Shown here: piece after piece, positions 37,239-48,261 of the stretch
Position numbering within the stretch: position 1 is the first letter of the stretch
Layout of the letters: the number at the start of each line of letters is the position of its first letter
DNA from: Shigella phage ESh16
DNA length: 64,000 nt
Sequence record: ON528726
Reading direction: 5' to 3' (one strand)
Notes under the pieces: generated by a model
Database searches by the model: none
What the model was told of the DNA's origin: nothing
What the model saw: the letters and a program-made list of their open reading frames with translations, nothing else
Made by a program: the position numbers and the translations under genes

Positions 37239-37529
37239 ATGAAATCTTCTTTACGCTTTTTAGGTCAAGAACTTGTAGTTGAAGGCGTTATTCCTGCTGA
37301 TAACGCTTTTAATGAAGCAGTTTATGATGAATTTATCAAAATTTTTGGAACAGATAAAAAGTTCGGAATTTTTCCTTCTGAAAATTTTTCAAAGCCAGAA
37401 CAGACTGAAAGCATTTTCCAAGGTGTAGTAACAGGTAAATTTGAGTCAGAAGCTCCGGTAAAAATTGAAGTTTATATTGAAGACAGTTTAGTTGCTTCAG
37501 TTGCTGCTTTTATTTCATTCCGTAAATAA
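37239..37529 (+). CDS. Hypothetical protein (96 aa)
   Basis: ORF track; preceded by PeSL copy B. Confidence 0.5.
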   Translation: MKSSLRFLGQELVVEGVIPADNAFNEAVYDEFIKIFGTDKKFGIFPSENFSKPEQTESIFQGVVTGKFESEAPVKIEVYIEDSLVASVAAFISFRK

Positions 37530-37534
37530 AAATA

Positions 37535-37556
37535 TGGGGACCGAAAGGTCCCCATT
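37535..37556. terminator. Bidirectional terminator hairpin between convergent ORF 37239 and gene 54
   Basis: atggggaccgaaaggtccccat. Confidence 0.6.
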
Positions 37557-37557
37557 G

Positions 37558-38523
37558 TTATATTGCTCCTAATATTTTACTTTGCGAATTGACAATTCCC
37601 GTCATAGTATTAATGTTTGAAATGCTTCCAGCAGTTCCACCTAATCTACTAAGTCGTGAAAGCGAATTAGATAATCCAGTAACACCTCCACTATTTCCGA
37701 GAACGCTTTGAATGCCATTTATAGCAGCAGATTCAAGCCATTCAAGGGCAGCTTGTCTATCAACTGCTCCAGCCTGCATGACTCTATATGCAAAAGTAAC
37801 ATCAAATGTAGTTATTTGGTTATCTCCATCATATGATAACTCAGGAGCGCTCACTGACACTGGAATGCATCCGGTGAACATCACCGCAGTATGAGGTAAT
37901 CCATTACGAGCATGAAGATTAACCTGAATATCTGCCTCGACATCTTGTGGCAAAGCACGCAGTCCAGTTACTGGGTCTTGAACAGCGTTAACCCAGTCTT
38001 GCATTGCACGATAGTTACAAGCTTCTGAATCCATTCTAAATGAAATAACCAAAGGGTCTAATTCTCTCCCAGTTATACGAATATTAGGAGAGTTATAGTT
38101 CCAGTCAGTTTCATAGGATAATCTATTCTCTGGCATTTTTACAGAATATATCATCAATCCAGATGAGTTATATGCCATGTTAAAGAAGTCAATTAAATAT
38201 GTACCAACTGTAAATGAACCTAATAAACTTTGAACTGTGCGTTGACTCATTGCACCAATAAGATATTTACTAACCCCTGATTTTCTTATCAGTTTTTGTG
38301 TACCAGCAGTAATTAGCGTGGTAATTCCCTGATTAATATCGCCTTGAGTCAATCCTAACCAGTCTGAATTTAGCCCCAAGTTGTTATAAGCAAAGTTACT
38401 AATTGAGCTTATTAATGATGAGCTTTTAGTTGATGGAGTAGTGGCAAAAACGCAGCTAAACATATTATTACGTTGGAAGTCTGCGTTTATTGCTTGGTTA
38501 TTAAATTCCTCTAAAGAATACAT
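37558..38523 (-). CDS. 54: Baseplate tail-tube initiator gp54 (321 aa)
   Basis: Size and synteny 54-48-29-28-27-51. Confidence 0.88.
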   Translation of the reverse strand: MYSLEEFNNQAINADFQRNNMFSCVFATTPSTKSSSLISSISNFAYNNLGLNSDWLGLTQGDINQGITTLITAGTQKLIRKSGVSKYLIGAMSQRTVQSLLGSFTVGTYLIDFFNMAYNSSGLMIYSVKMPENRLSYETDWNYNSPNIRITGRELDPLVISFRMDSEACNYRAMQDWVNAVQDPVTGLRALPQDVEADIQVNLHARNGLPHTAVMFTGCIPVSVSAPELSYDGDNQITTFDVTFAYRVMQAGAVDRQAALEWLESAAINGIQSVLGNSGGVTGLSNSLSRLSRLGGTAGSISNINTMTGIVNSQSKILGAI

Positions 38524-39617
38524 TAGAAAGTCCCCGTATATAAAGAAGCACGGTTTAACGTGATAATCTCTCTCATAGTAATCTCGAGCGTAAAAGAACT
38601 TGGAAGGTTAGGAGCAATAGCTAATCCGTTAAAATTACCATTCGGAGTTTTATCAAATCTAATACTTTGAATTTGACACGGTCCAAACACTTCTGTTTTT
38701 CCGTCAAATTTAGAAGTTGCGCCAAAGTTTTTAACCATCCAAATTGTCGGGTTTGAAACTACAAGAACGTTAGTTAAACTCGATGTCATTTTCTCAAATA
38801 ACGTCTTATTTTTAACTGCATCTTCTGGAGTTAATGGCTCAATAAAAGTAGAGCGATACCACTCATCTAGATATCCTTTTATTTCAGCAGCATATTGAGA
38901 TTTACCCGTTTCACCATAAGAAAAATAGTTAAAATATTGATAGATATTAATAATAGCCATTAAATCTTCCGTGGAACGCGGAGTCAAATCCCAAGTGAAC
39001 ACTTTAGTTCTATTCTCAGCACCACCATACATACTTCTGGCTGTCGTATAAATCTGTTCATTATTATCAGCCATTATACCTTGTGTTATACTTTCCAGTG
39101 CTCCAAATACTGCAGTTGAAGCCATATTGCTTAACACACCAGTAGCAGTACCTCCACCTTTTGTAATAAGACTATCTTGAACATCGTTAAATCTATGTGA
39201 TGATGTATCAACATCGGATTTAGATCTCGGTAAAAGAATATTTGCAACAGGAACTTTACTTATTGTTCCTGAATTATTATCTGATATTAATCCATTTGAC
39301 AGTTTTGATACTGTATTACTGATAGTGTTTCTGGCTGTACGTAAAATACTAGAAGATGAAGAAGAGTAGTTAGATCTCATCGTTCTGAGACTTCCAGAAT
39401 CCCTAGATGACATATTGTATGCAGTAAATAATAATCCATTCTTATATAGATCTGTTACCTGGAAGTCCCCTGTAGTGTCATTCCCACTAGCACGCCCAGT
39501 TGGAAACTGGGCTGTGTATGTTTTAGTTCCTACTTCTGATTTAGTACTCTGTCCAGCTGAAATTGTCTCGCCAGACTTTTTAATTAAATCAGCAGTTATT
39601 TCTTTAACAATTGCCAT
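38523..39617 (-). CDS. 48: Baseplate tail-tube cap gp48 (364 aa)
   Basis: Size identical to T4 gp48; synteny. Confidence 0.88.
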   Translation of the reverse strand: MAIVKEITADLIKKSGETISAGQSTKSEVGTKTYTAQFPTGRASGNDTTGDFQVTDLYKNGLLFTAYNMSSRDSGSLRTMRSNYSSSSSSILRTARNTISNTVSKLSNGLISDNNSGTISKVPVANILLPRSKSDVDTSSHRFNDVQDSLITKGGGTATGVLSNMASTAVFGALESITQGIMADNNEQIYTTARSMYGGAENRTKVFTWDLTPRSTEDLMAIINIYQYFNYFSYGETGKSQYAAEIKGYLDEWYRSTFIEPLTPEDAVKNKTLFEKMTSSLTNVLVVSNPTIWMVKNFGATSKFDGKTEVFGPCQIQSIRFDKTPNGNFNGLAIAPNLPSSFTLEITMREIITLNRASLYTGTF

Positions 39618-39625
39618 ATTATTCC

Positions 39626-41398
39626 TTAATTAACTCCAGTCGCGCCAAATACACCAGGAGCAGTTGTACTCGTAACAGGTGTCATATTATGAACGACAGT
39701 ATTTTTCTTAATAACATTATTAGTATTATTGATTGAAGGAGATGCTTGTTGAACAGGAGCTTGTTGCGCTTTGTTCTTTTCTATTACCTGGACTTGTTTT
39801 GCTTCTGGCGATTTAGCAGAAGTTTCAGGTTTGGCCTCAGGTTGATTTTTCTTAAGCTCTTGATAAGTAGCATCAATTTTAGCAAATCTAGAAGCAAGCT
39901 CCTTTTTAACTGCAGGTGAATTATTTAAATCCGGGTCATTCATCCGTTTTTTAAGGTCTTCATGAGCGGCTTCAATTGATTTAACTGTTGAGTCTTTACT
40001 CATATCAGCTGAATCGGCATATTTTTCAAAACGAATCATCGCAGCACGAGCTTCATTAGCCTTCATTAAAGCGTTTTTTCTTTCTTCTGGTGAAAGTTGC
40101 TTTAATTTTTCTTCTTCTGCTGCGCGTTCTTCATCGGTTGTCAATGCTTCTTTATTATCAACACCACGAATCCAGTTAGATGCACGGGTTTTCCAATTAG
40201 CAATTTTATCTAATCCTTTTGCTATTGGACCAAGATCGTCATTCATTCGTTTATCTTGATAATTTGCTACTTTTTCTTGGTCTTCTTTATTGAGAGATGC
40301 TCCAGTAGAATTTTGGAAATTTTCTAATGCTCTTCCTTCTACTTCATCAGCGGTATCCTTCATACCAGGAATAACTCGAAGAATTGCTGCTGATAATTTA
40401 GCCATTCCAAGTTGAATAAGTTCTCCTAAATTATAAAGAACACTTCCAAGTCCTTCCACAATAGCTACTGTCAATCCACCCCAGTCTCCAGCTTCCCAGA
40501 ACTTTTTAATTTCATCAATAGATTCAAAGATGCTCTGTAATAAAGGACCCCAAGTTCCGGTTTCGCTTGAAAAAGTTTTAAAATCAGTGCTAAACAAATC
40601 CCAGGCTTTTGAAAATTTATCTGACCAATATTTAAAATGAACCATCAGTAGGTCTATTCCAATAACAACAGCCATTATTAATGCAACCATTTTAGCAGCT
40701 TCAATAGCAGCACTGACAGTATACTTAAATAGCATACTTGATATTTTATCAGTAATTGAAATGGATTTTTTAAATCCAAAATCAACAGTCTTTGTTAATT
40801 TATCTAAAGCTTGAGATAATTTTAAATTAAATGCTTCTTTTTTCTGTTTTTCTTCTGGCGATTCTTGTTTGGGTTCAACTGGCTGAGGGGTAGGGAAAAA
40901 ATCAGCATCAGGATCATTATTAACTGCTTCAGGAGCCGGTAATAAAGGACCCACAGATTCAGCTGTATCGTCCTCAACAACTTTAACAGGAATAGCGCTT
41001 TCAACCGTGGCTAAACTAGTTCCAGTCTGTTGAATTCCAGCTGTCTGAATTTTTTGCTCTAGTAAACTTGTTAATTTATCTAATTTGCTCCCGAGCGATT
41101 CGCCGATTTCTTTATTAATATTATTGCCAATTTCAACAGTTTCAGCAATTAACTCAGAACCAGCAGTAGTATCACTCACTGCGCTTTCTACATTGTCAAT
41201 TGCTCCAATTATTTCATTCGATTTTTCTTCGACAGTTTGAGCAATTAATTCTGAAGCAGCTTGAGCATCATCCAATTTCGTAGATATATCGTTAAGTCCA
41301 GATAAAGTATTAGAAGCGGATTTAGCCGCTTCCTGAACTGGTTTATTATCTGAAATAACTTTTCTACGCATCGTTTGCATTTCTTGTGGCTTTTTCAT
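39626..41398 (-). CDS. 29: Tail tape-measure / baseplate hub protein gp29 (590 aa)
   Basis: Size identical to T4 gp29; coiled-coil rich; synteny. Confidence 0.88.
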   Translation of the reverse strand: MKKPQEMQTMRRKVISDNKPVQEAAKSASNTLSGLNDISTKLDDAQAASELIAQTVEEKSNEIIGAIDNVESAVSDTTAGSELIAETVEIGNNINKEIGESLGSKLDKLTSLLEQKIQTAGIQQTGTSLATVESAIPVKVVEDDTAESVGPLLPAPEAVNNDPDADFFPTPQPVEPKQESPEEKQKKEAFNLKLSQALDKLTKTVDFGFKKSISITDKISSMLFKYTVSAAIEAAKMVALIMAVVIGIDLLMVHFKYWSDKFSKAWDLFSTDFKTFSSETGTWGPLLQSIFESIDEIKKFWEAGDWGGLTVAIVEGLGSVLYNLGELIQLGMAKLSAAILRVIPGMKDTADEVEGRALENFQNSTGASLNKEDQEKVANYQDKRMNDDLGPIAKGLDKIANWKTRASNWIRGVDNKEALTTDEERAAEEEKLKQLSPEERKNALMKANEARAAMIRFEKYADSADMSKDSTVKSIEAAHEDLKKRMNDPDLNNSPAVKKELASRFAKIDATYQELKKNQPEAKPETSAKSPEAKQVQVIEKNKAQQAPVQQASPSINNTNNVIKKNTVVHNMTPVTSTTAPGVFGATGVN

Positions 41399-41928
41399 TC
41401 AAATAATCCAATAATATTGCCAATTCCAGTTATTGGACCATTAGGGCCAGGAATTGCTAAAGTTGTAGAAATATCATTTGCCCATTTTAATACAAATGCT
41501 GGCATCTCAAGAAAATTAATTTCTTTAACTTCATCATTGACCTTAAGCAAGCATTTAGATAACATATCGCTTACTGTCAAAAATTGCTCAAATTTTCCAG
41601 GAGGTCTAAAATAAAATGTATTTCCTTGGTATTGAAATTCTAATCTTTGGCACACATAAACATCATTAATGTCATAAGTATAACCATCTATTTCTTTACG
41701 GGATTTAATCTTTCCATTAAATTCCAATAAATGAATGGAAACGAAATCAACTTCTGCTGGTGATAAATTCGGACAAATAGAATCAATAAGAAGTTTTAAA
41801 TTTTCATCAGGACCTTTAACATCTTTTAAAATGTTATAATGTTTAAGACCCATTTTAGGAATAGAAACTTCTTTATTGCTTATTGGAAGAACTACTTTCT
41901 TCAGTGGTAGTATCAGATTTAAATTCAT
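41395..41928 (-). CDS. 28: Baseplate hub distal subunit gp28 (177 aa)
   Basis: Size and synteny. Confidence 0.85.
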   Translation of the reverse strand: MNLNLILPLKKVVLPISNKEVSIPKMGLKHYNILKDVKGPDENLKLLIDSICPNLSPAEVDFVSIHLLEFNGKIKSRKEIDGYTYDINDVYVCQRLEFQYQGNTFYFRPPGKFEQFLTVSDMLSKCLLKVNDEVKEINFLEMPAFVLKWANDISTTLAIPGPNGPITGIGNIIGLFE

Positions 41929-43048
41929 TTTTAACCTTAACTGGGTCTATTGTTTCCAGTTTCGTTGCATTAGTGAACATATATAGATGAGTTACTGAAT
42001 TATTATTGGATAATTCATGGATAACTTCATCAACGTAAAATTCTGTTTTAAATTGGTTTTTACTATCATTAAAAATAATTTTAACGCCAGGAGTCAAGTT
42101 AAAATTACCGACAGTAGAACATTTAGCATAGCCGTCATATTGCGCCATAGTTTGAAGACGAATAGCTTCTTCATAGCCATTCCTATAAGTCATTTCAGAA
42201 TAAGCACCTGACCTTGACACTACAATAGAGTTTTCGCCCTTTCCTGTAGTAATCATTGGCAATGAAGAATCTAAAAATGAATGAGCATAGATAGTAGCAT
42301 TTTTCATTGGGTCACGTTTGTGAGGATTCGATTTAGTCAACCAAACGAAATCATATGCTAATGGATATTTTAATTCTTGGATGAATTGACCTATTAAAGA
42401 TGGCTCACCGACAATCATTGGATATGGTTCTTGATTTATCATCATATCATAGTCCATCATGTTAACTCCCATGATGTCTTGCCATACAAATACAAATTTG
42501 TCACTTCCTACAGCTAGAGCAACTTCTCTGACATATGACAAATAGTTTTCAAATGTGCTAGTCCATGGAATATCAGGAACATAAGCATTTATAGCATTTA
42601 TTGCTGGAGTTAATAATGTGCGATCCTGGTAAATGACGCCAAGCATTTCCTTTATAGATTCACCTACATCAGAGAAAAACGGTCTGCCAAATTTAAGATT
42701 TTCTATGGAATGAATAGTTCCCAATTCAATAGCAATGATGTTATCGCCCTTTGAATCTACAGATACAGAAAAATGCTTACATCCATAAATTCGTGTTTTA
42801 ACATTATTAATATCGTTTGCGTTAGCTACAGAAATCTGAATTATTTCATTTCCATCCATTTTTGTATGGATATTTTTAGAATCATAAAACTGTAGCATTC
42901 CTTCATTTCGACCATAAAGAGAATCCCGCATAGTTAATGTGGTAATAGTAGCAGCTAATTCAACAAATCTATTATTACTCCAAGCGTCATAACTCTCAAA
43001 TAATTTAACGCTGAGATTTGGATATCCGGGGCGTTGCAACATACTCAT
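41873..43048 (-). CDS. 27: Baseplate hub subunit gp27 (391 aa)
   Basis: Size identical to T4 gp27; synteny. Confidence 0.88.
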   Translation of the reverse strand: MSMLQRPGYPNLSVKLFESYDAWSNNRFVELAATITTLTMRDSLYGRNEGMLQFYDSKNIHTKMDGNEIIQISVANANDINNVKTRIYGCKHFSVSVDSKGDNIIAIELGTIHSIENLKFGRPFFSDVGESIKEMLGVIYQDRTLLTPAINAINAYVPDIPWTSTFENYLSYVREVALAVGSDKFVFVWQDIMGVNMMDYDMMINQEPYPMIVGEPSLIGQFIQELKYPLAYDFVWLTKSNPHKRDPMKNATIYAHSFLDSSLPMITTGKGENSIVVSRSGAYSEMTYRNGYEEAIRLQTMAQYDGYAKCSTVGNFNLTPGVKIIFNDSKNQFKTEFYVDEVIHELSNNNSVTHLYMFTNATKLETIDPVKVKNEFKSDTTTEESSSSNKQ

Positions 43049-43797
43049 TATTGTTTATCCTTCTCAATCAGTTTTAATACGAATCCGCGCTCAGCAGGAA
43101 TCATTTTCATTATTGAATTTAAGCTATAATTACTTTTTACAAGTGTGTGATTAATTTGATAAAAAGTAAATATTTCATCTGGGTTAACTAATAGCTTAAA
43201 CACATCTACTATATCAGTGTATTTTTTTACATACTTATTACAACACGACATATGCAGTGTTAAATTAATAGGATTCATTGCATCGAGAATTTTTTCTAAT
43301 GTTTCTATCTCAATGGCGTCAACAAGTTCTATTTGACTTGATTCACTAATTTCCTTCCAATCATACCATATTTCATCTACTTGAACAGAATGAATATTTT
43401 CAGTAATCATCTTTGCTTTATTTTCATAAAACTCAGAAGGAAAATTTAATTTAATTCTAACATTAGCTACGTCAAAAATAGGTTCCTTTAATTCTTTTTG
43501 ATATATTTCAAATGGAACTGTCTTTTCTTTTTTACATTTTGGGCATACAAATGTGACCGGTACTTTAGTTTTGCCTATTGACCCTACAAATACCTGTAAA
43601 AATATAAATGGTTGCCAAGTCTTCGGATAGTCTCCAAAATAATCAGCAATTAAATCAGCAATTATTTCTTTTTGTTCTTGTGGTGACCGATGTTCTATAT
43701 CGTTTCGAACTAACAAAAAATCTCGATAATCTTCTACCGTAAATGGTTTAAAACGATGAACACCATCTGGTAATTTACAACGAATAATGTTTGCCAT
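43048..43797 (-). CDS. 51: Baseplate hub assembly catalyst gp51 (249 aa)
   Basis: Size identical to T4 gp51; synteny. Confidence 0.85.
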   Translation of the reverse strand: MANIIRCKLPDGVHRFKPFTVEDYRDFLLVRNDIEHRSPQEQKEIIADLIADYFGDYPKTWQPFIFLQVFVGSIGKTKVPVTFVCPKCKKEKTVPFEIYQKELKEPIFDVANVRIKLNFPSEFYENKAKMITENIHSVQVDEIWYDWKEISESSQIELVDAIEIETLEKILDAMNPINLTLHMSCCNKYVKKYTDIVDVFKLLVNPDEIFTFYQINHTLVKSNYSLNSIMKMIPAERGFVLKLIEKDKQ

Positions 43798-43814
43798 AGA
43801 TGCTCCTTTTATTC

Positions 43815-43826
43815 TATTTATAAATA
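43815..43826. promoter_or_regulatory. Overlapping divergent late promoters (palindrome TATTTATAAATA) for gene 51 (minus) and gene 26 (plus)
   Basis: tatttataaata in the 50-nt interval between divergent genes 51 and 26. Confidence 0.55.
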
Positions 43827-43847
43827 TGATAAATAAAGGAGCTAAAT

Positions 43848-44474
43848 ATGTATGAATACAAATTTGATGTGAGAGTTGGTTCTAAAATAATCAACTGTCG
43901 CGCATTTACTCTTAAAGAATATCTAGAGCTTATTACTGCTAAAAAGAACGGTTCAGTAGAAGAGATCGTTAAAAAGCTAATTAAAGACTGCACAAATGCA
44001 AAAGATTTAAACCGCCAAGAATCAGAACTACTGCTGATTCATTTATGGGCGCATTCTCTTGGAGAAGTTAATCATGAAAACTCCTGGAAGTGCACCTGTG
44101 AAACTGAAATACCAACCCATATAAATCTATTACATACACAAATAGATGCACCAGAAGACCTCTGGTATACACTGGGTGGCATTAAAATTAAGTTCCATTA
44201 CCCTAAAATTTTTGATGATAAAAATATAGCCCACATGATAGTATCATGTATAGAAACGATTCATGCTAACGGTGAAAGCATTCCAGTTGAAGACTTAAAT
44301 GAAAAAGAACTGGAAGATTTATATTCTATCATCACAGAGTCAGATATTGTAGCTATAAAAGATATGCTTTTAAAGCCTACTGTTTATTTGGCTGTTCCAA
44401 TTAAGTGTCCAGAGTGTGGAAAAACTCACGCTCATGTAATAAGAGGACTCAAAGAATTCTTTGAGCTATTGTAA
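43848..44474 (+). CDS. 26: Baseplate hub subunit gp26 (208 aa)
   Basis: Size identical to T4 gp26. Confidence 0.85.
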   Translation: MYEYKFDVRVGSKIINCRAFTLKEYLELITAKKNGSVEEIVKKLIKDCTNAKDLNRQESELLLIHLWAHSLGEVNHENSWKCTCETEIPTHINLLHTQIDAPEDLWYTLGGIKIKFHYPKIFDDKNIAHMIVSCIETIHANGESIPVEDLNEKELEDLYSIITESDIVAIKDMLLKPTVYLAVPIKCPECGKTHAHVIRGLKEFFELL

Positions 44475-44872
44475 TGGCAAATATTAATAAGCTTTATTCT
44501 GACATTGACCCAGAAATGAAAATGGATTGGGACAAAGATGTTTCAAGATCTCTTGGATTAAGGTCAATTAAAAATAGCCTTTTAGGAATTATTACAACCA
44601 GGAAAGGGTCAAGGCCATTTGACCCAGAATTTGGATGCGATTTATCTGATCAGCTTTTTGAGAATATGACTCCTCTTACTGCTGATACTGTTGAGCGTAA
44701 CATTGAAAGCGCAGTAAGAAACTACGAGCCACGTATTGATAAATTAGCAGTTAATGTAATACCAGTTTATGATGATTATACTCTAATAGTAGAAATACGC
44801 TTTTCAGTCATCGATAACCCTGATGATATTGAGCAGATAAAACTACAACTGGCTTCAAGTAACAGAGTATAA
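44474..44872 (+). CDS. 25: Baseplate wedge subunit gp25 (132 aa)
   Basis: Size identical to T4 gp25; ATG overlaps gene 26 stop. Confidence 0.88.
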   Translation: MANINKLYSDIDPEMKMDWDKDVSRSLGLRSIKNSLLGIITTRKGSRPFDPEFGCDLSDQLFENMTPLTADTVERNIESAVRNYEPRIDKLAVNVIPVYDDYTLIVEIRFSVIDNPDDIEQIKLQLASSNRV

Positions 44873-44938
44873 TGCTTCACGTATAAACGTGGTATAATGA
44901 ATCTAAGTCCATCCAATAACAATTGAATAGAGAACAAT

Positions 44939-45352
44939 ATGAAATTAGAAGATCTTCAAGAAGAATTGAAGAAAGATGTGTTTATAGATTCGACTAAATT
45001 ACAGTATGAAGCAGCTAATAATGTGATGTTATATAGTAAATGGCTCAATAAGCATTCAAGTATTAAAAAGGAAATGCTTAGAATTGAAGCACAGAAAAAA
45101 GTTGCTCTTAAAGCTAAATTAGACTACTACTCGGGACGAGGAGATGGTGATGAATTTAGTATGGACCGTTATGAGAAATCAGAAATGAAGACAGTTCTAT
45201 CAGCTGATAAGGATGTTTTAAAAGTTGATACTTCATTACAATATTGGGGAATTTTATTGGATTTCTGTAGCGGAGCTCTTGATGCTATTAAATCACGCGG
45301 ATTTGCTATTAAGCATATTCAAGACATGCGAGCATTTGAGGCTGGAAAATAA
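44939..45352 (+). CDS. uvsY: UvsY recombination mediator (137 aa)
   Basis: MKLEDLQEELKKDVFIDSTKLQYEAANNVMLYSKWLNKHSS...; size. Confidence 0.95.
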   Translation: MKLEDLQEELKKDVFIDSTKLQYEAANNVMLYSKWLNKHSSIKKEMLRIEAQKKVALKAKLDYYSGRGDGDEFSMDRYEKSEMKTVLSADKDVLKVDTSLQYWGILLDFCSGALDAIKSRGFAIKHIQDMRAFEAGK

Positions 45353-45576
45353 TGAGATATAGCATTGATGATGCTTTTAATTATGAAGAAGAATTCGAAA
45401 CGGAAATTCAATTCTTAATGAAAAAGTATAATCTCAAGCGTCAGGATATTCGTATCCTGGCCGACCACCCATGCGGTGAAGATGTACTTTATGTTAAAGG
45501 AAAATTTGCTGGATATCTTGATGAATATTTTTATTCTAAAGATATGGGCATTGATATGCATATGAGAGTTATATAA
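45352..45576 (+). CDS. uvsY.-1: Hypothetical protein (74 aa)
   Basis: Position and size; ATG overlaps uvsY stop. Confidence 0.6.
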   Translation: MRYSIDDAFNYEEEFETEIQFLMKKYNLKRQDIRILADHPCGEDVLYVKGKFAGYLDEYFYSKDMGIDMHMRVI

Positions 45577-45604
45577 ATAGATATATAATTTAGAGGAGAC
45601 AATC

Positions 45605-45772
45605 ATGTCAGATAAGATTTGCGTTGTCTGTAAAACTCCAATCGATTCTGCATTGGTTGTTGAAACAGACAAAGGTCCTGTACATCCTGGGCCTTGTTAT
45701 AATTACATTAAAGAACTACCAGTTTCAGAAAGTTCGGAAGAACAATTAAATGAAACACAACTTTTGCTATAG
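45605..45772 (+). CDS. uvsY.-2: Small Cys-containing protein (55 aa), below the ORF-track length cutoff
   Basis: Read directly: GAGGAGACAATC then ATG at 45605; MSDKICVVCKTPIDSALVVETDKGPVHPGPCYNYIKELP...; stop at 45770-45772. Confidence 0.5.
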   Translation: MSDKICVVCKTPIDSALVVETDKGPVHPGPCYNYIKELPVSESSEEQLNETQLLL

Positions 45773-45793
45773 TGTGACCTTTAGTCTATAGTT

Positions 45794-45822
45794 TTGGCCC
45801 TTCCTTTTTGGTTGGGCCTTTT
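45794..45822 (+). terminator. Terminator-like hairpin plus T-run between convergent uvsY.-2 and uvsW.1
   Basis: ggccc...gggcc followed by tttttt. Confidence 0.45.
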
Positions 45823-45827
45823 TTAAT

Positions 45828-46058
45828 TTAAAAACTTTCTTCTACTTCATCGTCTGAATCTTCTAATTCAGCTCTTTTTCCTGCCAAAGCATCTCTCACA
45901 GAGATGTCATCAGTATCTTTTAATTCAGTTTCTTTAACTCTTTTCTTATAATAAGCTTCAAGTTCTTCTAGACCTTCTATCGTTTGACAAGAGGCAATTT
46001 TACCCATAAATTCATCAATAGAAGCTTCATAAAGAAATTGTTTAAATTCTAGTAACAT
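45828..46058 (-). CDS. uvsW.1: UvsW.1 small acidic protein (76 aa)
   Basis: MLLEFKQFLYEASIDEFMGK...; immediately downstream of uvsW. Confidence 0.7.
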   Translation of the reverse strand: MLLEFKQFLYEASIDEFMGKIASCQTIEGLEELEAYYKKRVKETELKDTDDISVRDALAGKRAELEDSDDEVEESF

Positions 46059-46083
46059 CTTTTTCTCCAAAGGGCCGAAGCCC

Positions 46084-47592
46084 TTATAAATTAACTGTTT
46101 TCATTACGTAATTAAATTTTTCATCTGCGTAGCGCTGAATACGATCAATGCCGTGTTTTAAAAGATAGTTCAAATGAACATATTTCTTTTTCGTATTAGC
46201 AGATTTTGGCTTAACACCACAATCATCGATGAGGTCCCAGACTGTTGCGATTGTTTTGGAACCATGCTTACGTAATACGCGACCTATTGTTTGCAATACA
46301 ATAATTTTAGATTTAACACCGTGTGCTAAAACAACGTGATGCAGATTTTTAACTGAAATACCGGTAGAAAATACACCATAACTAGCTACTATAATTATTC
46401 CTTTACCGTTTTCAGCTAAGGTTTTCATTATATTGCGGGTTTCGGTATCAACTTCCCCTGATACGTAATAAACTTTATCGTATTCATTTTTAATTAAATC
46501 GAAAATAGCTTTACCGTGCGATACGTGTTTAAACATGACAAAAGCGTTTTCATCTTTTTGCGCAAGCTTAATAGCTAATTTAGCGATCCATTTATTTCTT
46601 TTACTGAGTCCAGTGATAATTTTTATTTCTTCTTGGTAAGTTTTTCCCTTTAATTTAGTAGTGAACTCATCGGGATAGCGAAGAAAAATACTATTAATTT
46701 TTAACTCAGTTACTTGTCCATCTTCCATTAATTTAGAAGTCGTTACTGGCTTAAATATTTCGCCAAACATTCCAACATACTGCATGATATTAGCTTTGCC
46801 ATCACGTAATGAACCAGACAAACCAAATTTGAACATGCAGTTATTTAAACCTGATATGATAGATGAAATACTTTTTCCTGTAGCAAGATGGCATTCATCA
46901 TTCATCATCATTCCAAACTGTGAGAACCATTCTTTTGGTTGTTTTACTACAGTTTGCCATGTACCAACAACGACTGGTGCATCATTTTTATATTTATCAT
47001 CTTTTGATGCTCCACCGCCAATTTTCTTTATCATTGCATGACTGAATAAACGATAGTCAACAAAGTCATCAGCCATCTGAGTTGTCAGAGCAGTTGTTGG
47101 AACAATGATAAGAATTTTACCTTCATAATTTTCCAAATAATATCGAGCAAGCAAAGCTTGAATTAAAGATTTACCTGCAGATGTTGGAAGATTAAGAATT
47201 CTACGACGATTAACTAATCCTTCGAACACTGCATCTTTTTGATACCAGTGTGGTTCAATTCTTTTATTTCCTGAATAGATTTCTAATTTAGAAAGCCATT
47301 CATCAAAATCTTTTCTTGATAATTCTTCTTTTTCGTTAATTTGCGGGTCAATCCAGGCTTTATAGCCAAAGTTATTACAGAACTTTTTAATTTGCCCAAC
47401 TAAGCCGAATGGAAGAAGGCGATTATAATCTAAAAGACGGATTCGTCCATCCCAGTTGCCATATCTGAAGCGAGGATTAAACCTATATCCATCGGCCTCA
47501 AACGAAAAGAAATCTCTTAATTCGTGGAACGTGCTCTCTTCACAATCGATGCGTACATGACTGAAGTCGTGAAAATGTACTTTAATATCCAT
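46084..47592 (-). CDS. uvsW: UvsW DNA/RNA helicase (502 aa)
   Basis: Walker A LPTSAGKS, DECH box MMNDECHLATG; size. Confidence 0.93.
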   Translation of the reverse strand: MDIKVHFHDFSHVRIDCEESTFHELRDFFSFEADGYRFNPRFRYGNWDGRIRLLDYNRLLPFGLVGQIKKFCNNFGYKAWIDPQINEKEELSRKDFDEWLSKLEIYSGNKRIEPHWYQKDAVFEGLVNRRRILNLPTSAGKSLIQALLARYYLENYEGKILIIVPTTALTTQMADDFVDYRLFSHAMIKKIGGGASKDDKYKNDAPVVVGTWQTVVKQPKEWFSQFGMMMNDECHLATGKSISSIISGLNNCMFKFGLSGSLRDGKANIMQYVGMFGEIFKPVTTSKLMEDGQVTELKINSIFLRYPDEFTTKLKGKTYQEEIKIITGLSKRNKWIAKLAIKLAQKDENAFVMFKHVSHGKAIFDLIKNEYDKVYYVSGEVDTETRNIMKTLAENGKGIIIVASYGVFSTGISVKNLHHVVLAHGVKSKIIVLQTIGRVLRKHGSKTIATVWDLIDDCGVKPKSANTKKKYVHLNYLLKHGIDRIQRYADEKFNYVMKTVNL

Positions 47593-47594
47593 AA

Positions 47595-48212
47595 TTATGC
47601 CTTACTAAATTTGCCTTTAGAATCTCTTTTCATGAGACGACCTTTAATAAATCCGTCGGGAATAATACCGTCTGGTTGTATTAATTTATTTATTGCGCCA
47701 TTATTGACCCAAAAAGTTCCTGTTGTAGTCGGTTTGACTTTACATCCTTTTCTGGACTTTCTATTAGGATGAACCATCCCTTTTACAAATCCTTCTGGAA
47801 CAAGTTCTCCAGGCTTAATAAAAATATTTTTAGTTCCATTAGTGTAACAAGTTGTACCTAATACCGTGCCCGGTGAGTTTTCAAATCTCTTAGCGGAAGA
47901 TTCTTTCATCTTTGCTATAACCTCTGTAGTCATAACAATTCCACCAATTCCACCAGGTTTCATATTATAATAATTTTTGCTTTTTATCAGTTCAGGAGTT
48001 ATAATTTCTTCTTCATACATGTACGCTTCTTCGGAAGTTTTAAACTCTTTTAGTATTTTTCTAGAGAAATTGTTTTCACCATATTTCTTTATAGCCTGCT
48101 GAATTGCCTTACCGGAACCAAGGTAGCCATCATTCAGGTCGTCAGTAGAGTGCTTTCCTATATACTTTTTACCATTTATTAGATTTGTTGTTTCATATAC
48201 AAAGTGGTACAT
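47595..48212 (-). CDS. segE: GIY-YIG homing endonuclease (205 aa), SegE-like
   Basis: N-terminal GIY-YIG module HFVYETTNLINGKKYIGKHS; C-terminal repeated P-x-GF-x-KG DNA-binding-like motifs; position between uvsW and inh. Confidence 0.75.
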   Translation of the reverse strand: MYHFVYETTNLINGKKYIGKHSTDDLNDGYLGSGKAIQQAIKKYGENNFSRKILKEFKTSEEAYMYEEEIITPELIKSKNYYNMKPGGIGGIVMTTEVIAKMKESSAKRFENSPGTVLGTTCYTNGTKNIFIKPGELVPEGFVKGMVHPNRKSRKGCKVKPTTTGTFWVNNGAINKLIQPDGIIPDGFIKGRLMKRDSKGKFSKA

Positions 48213-48261
48213 ACTATTTTCCGAGTAATAAATATATCTATATTTATACTGAGGAAATATT

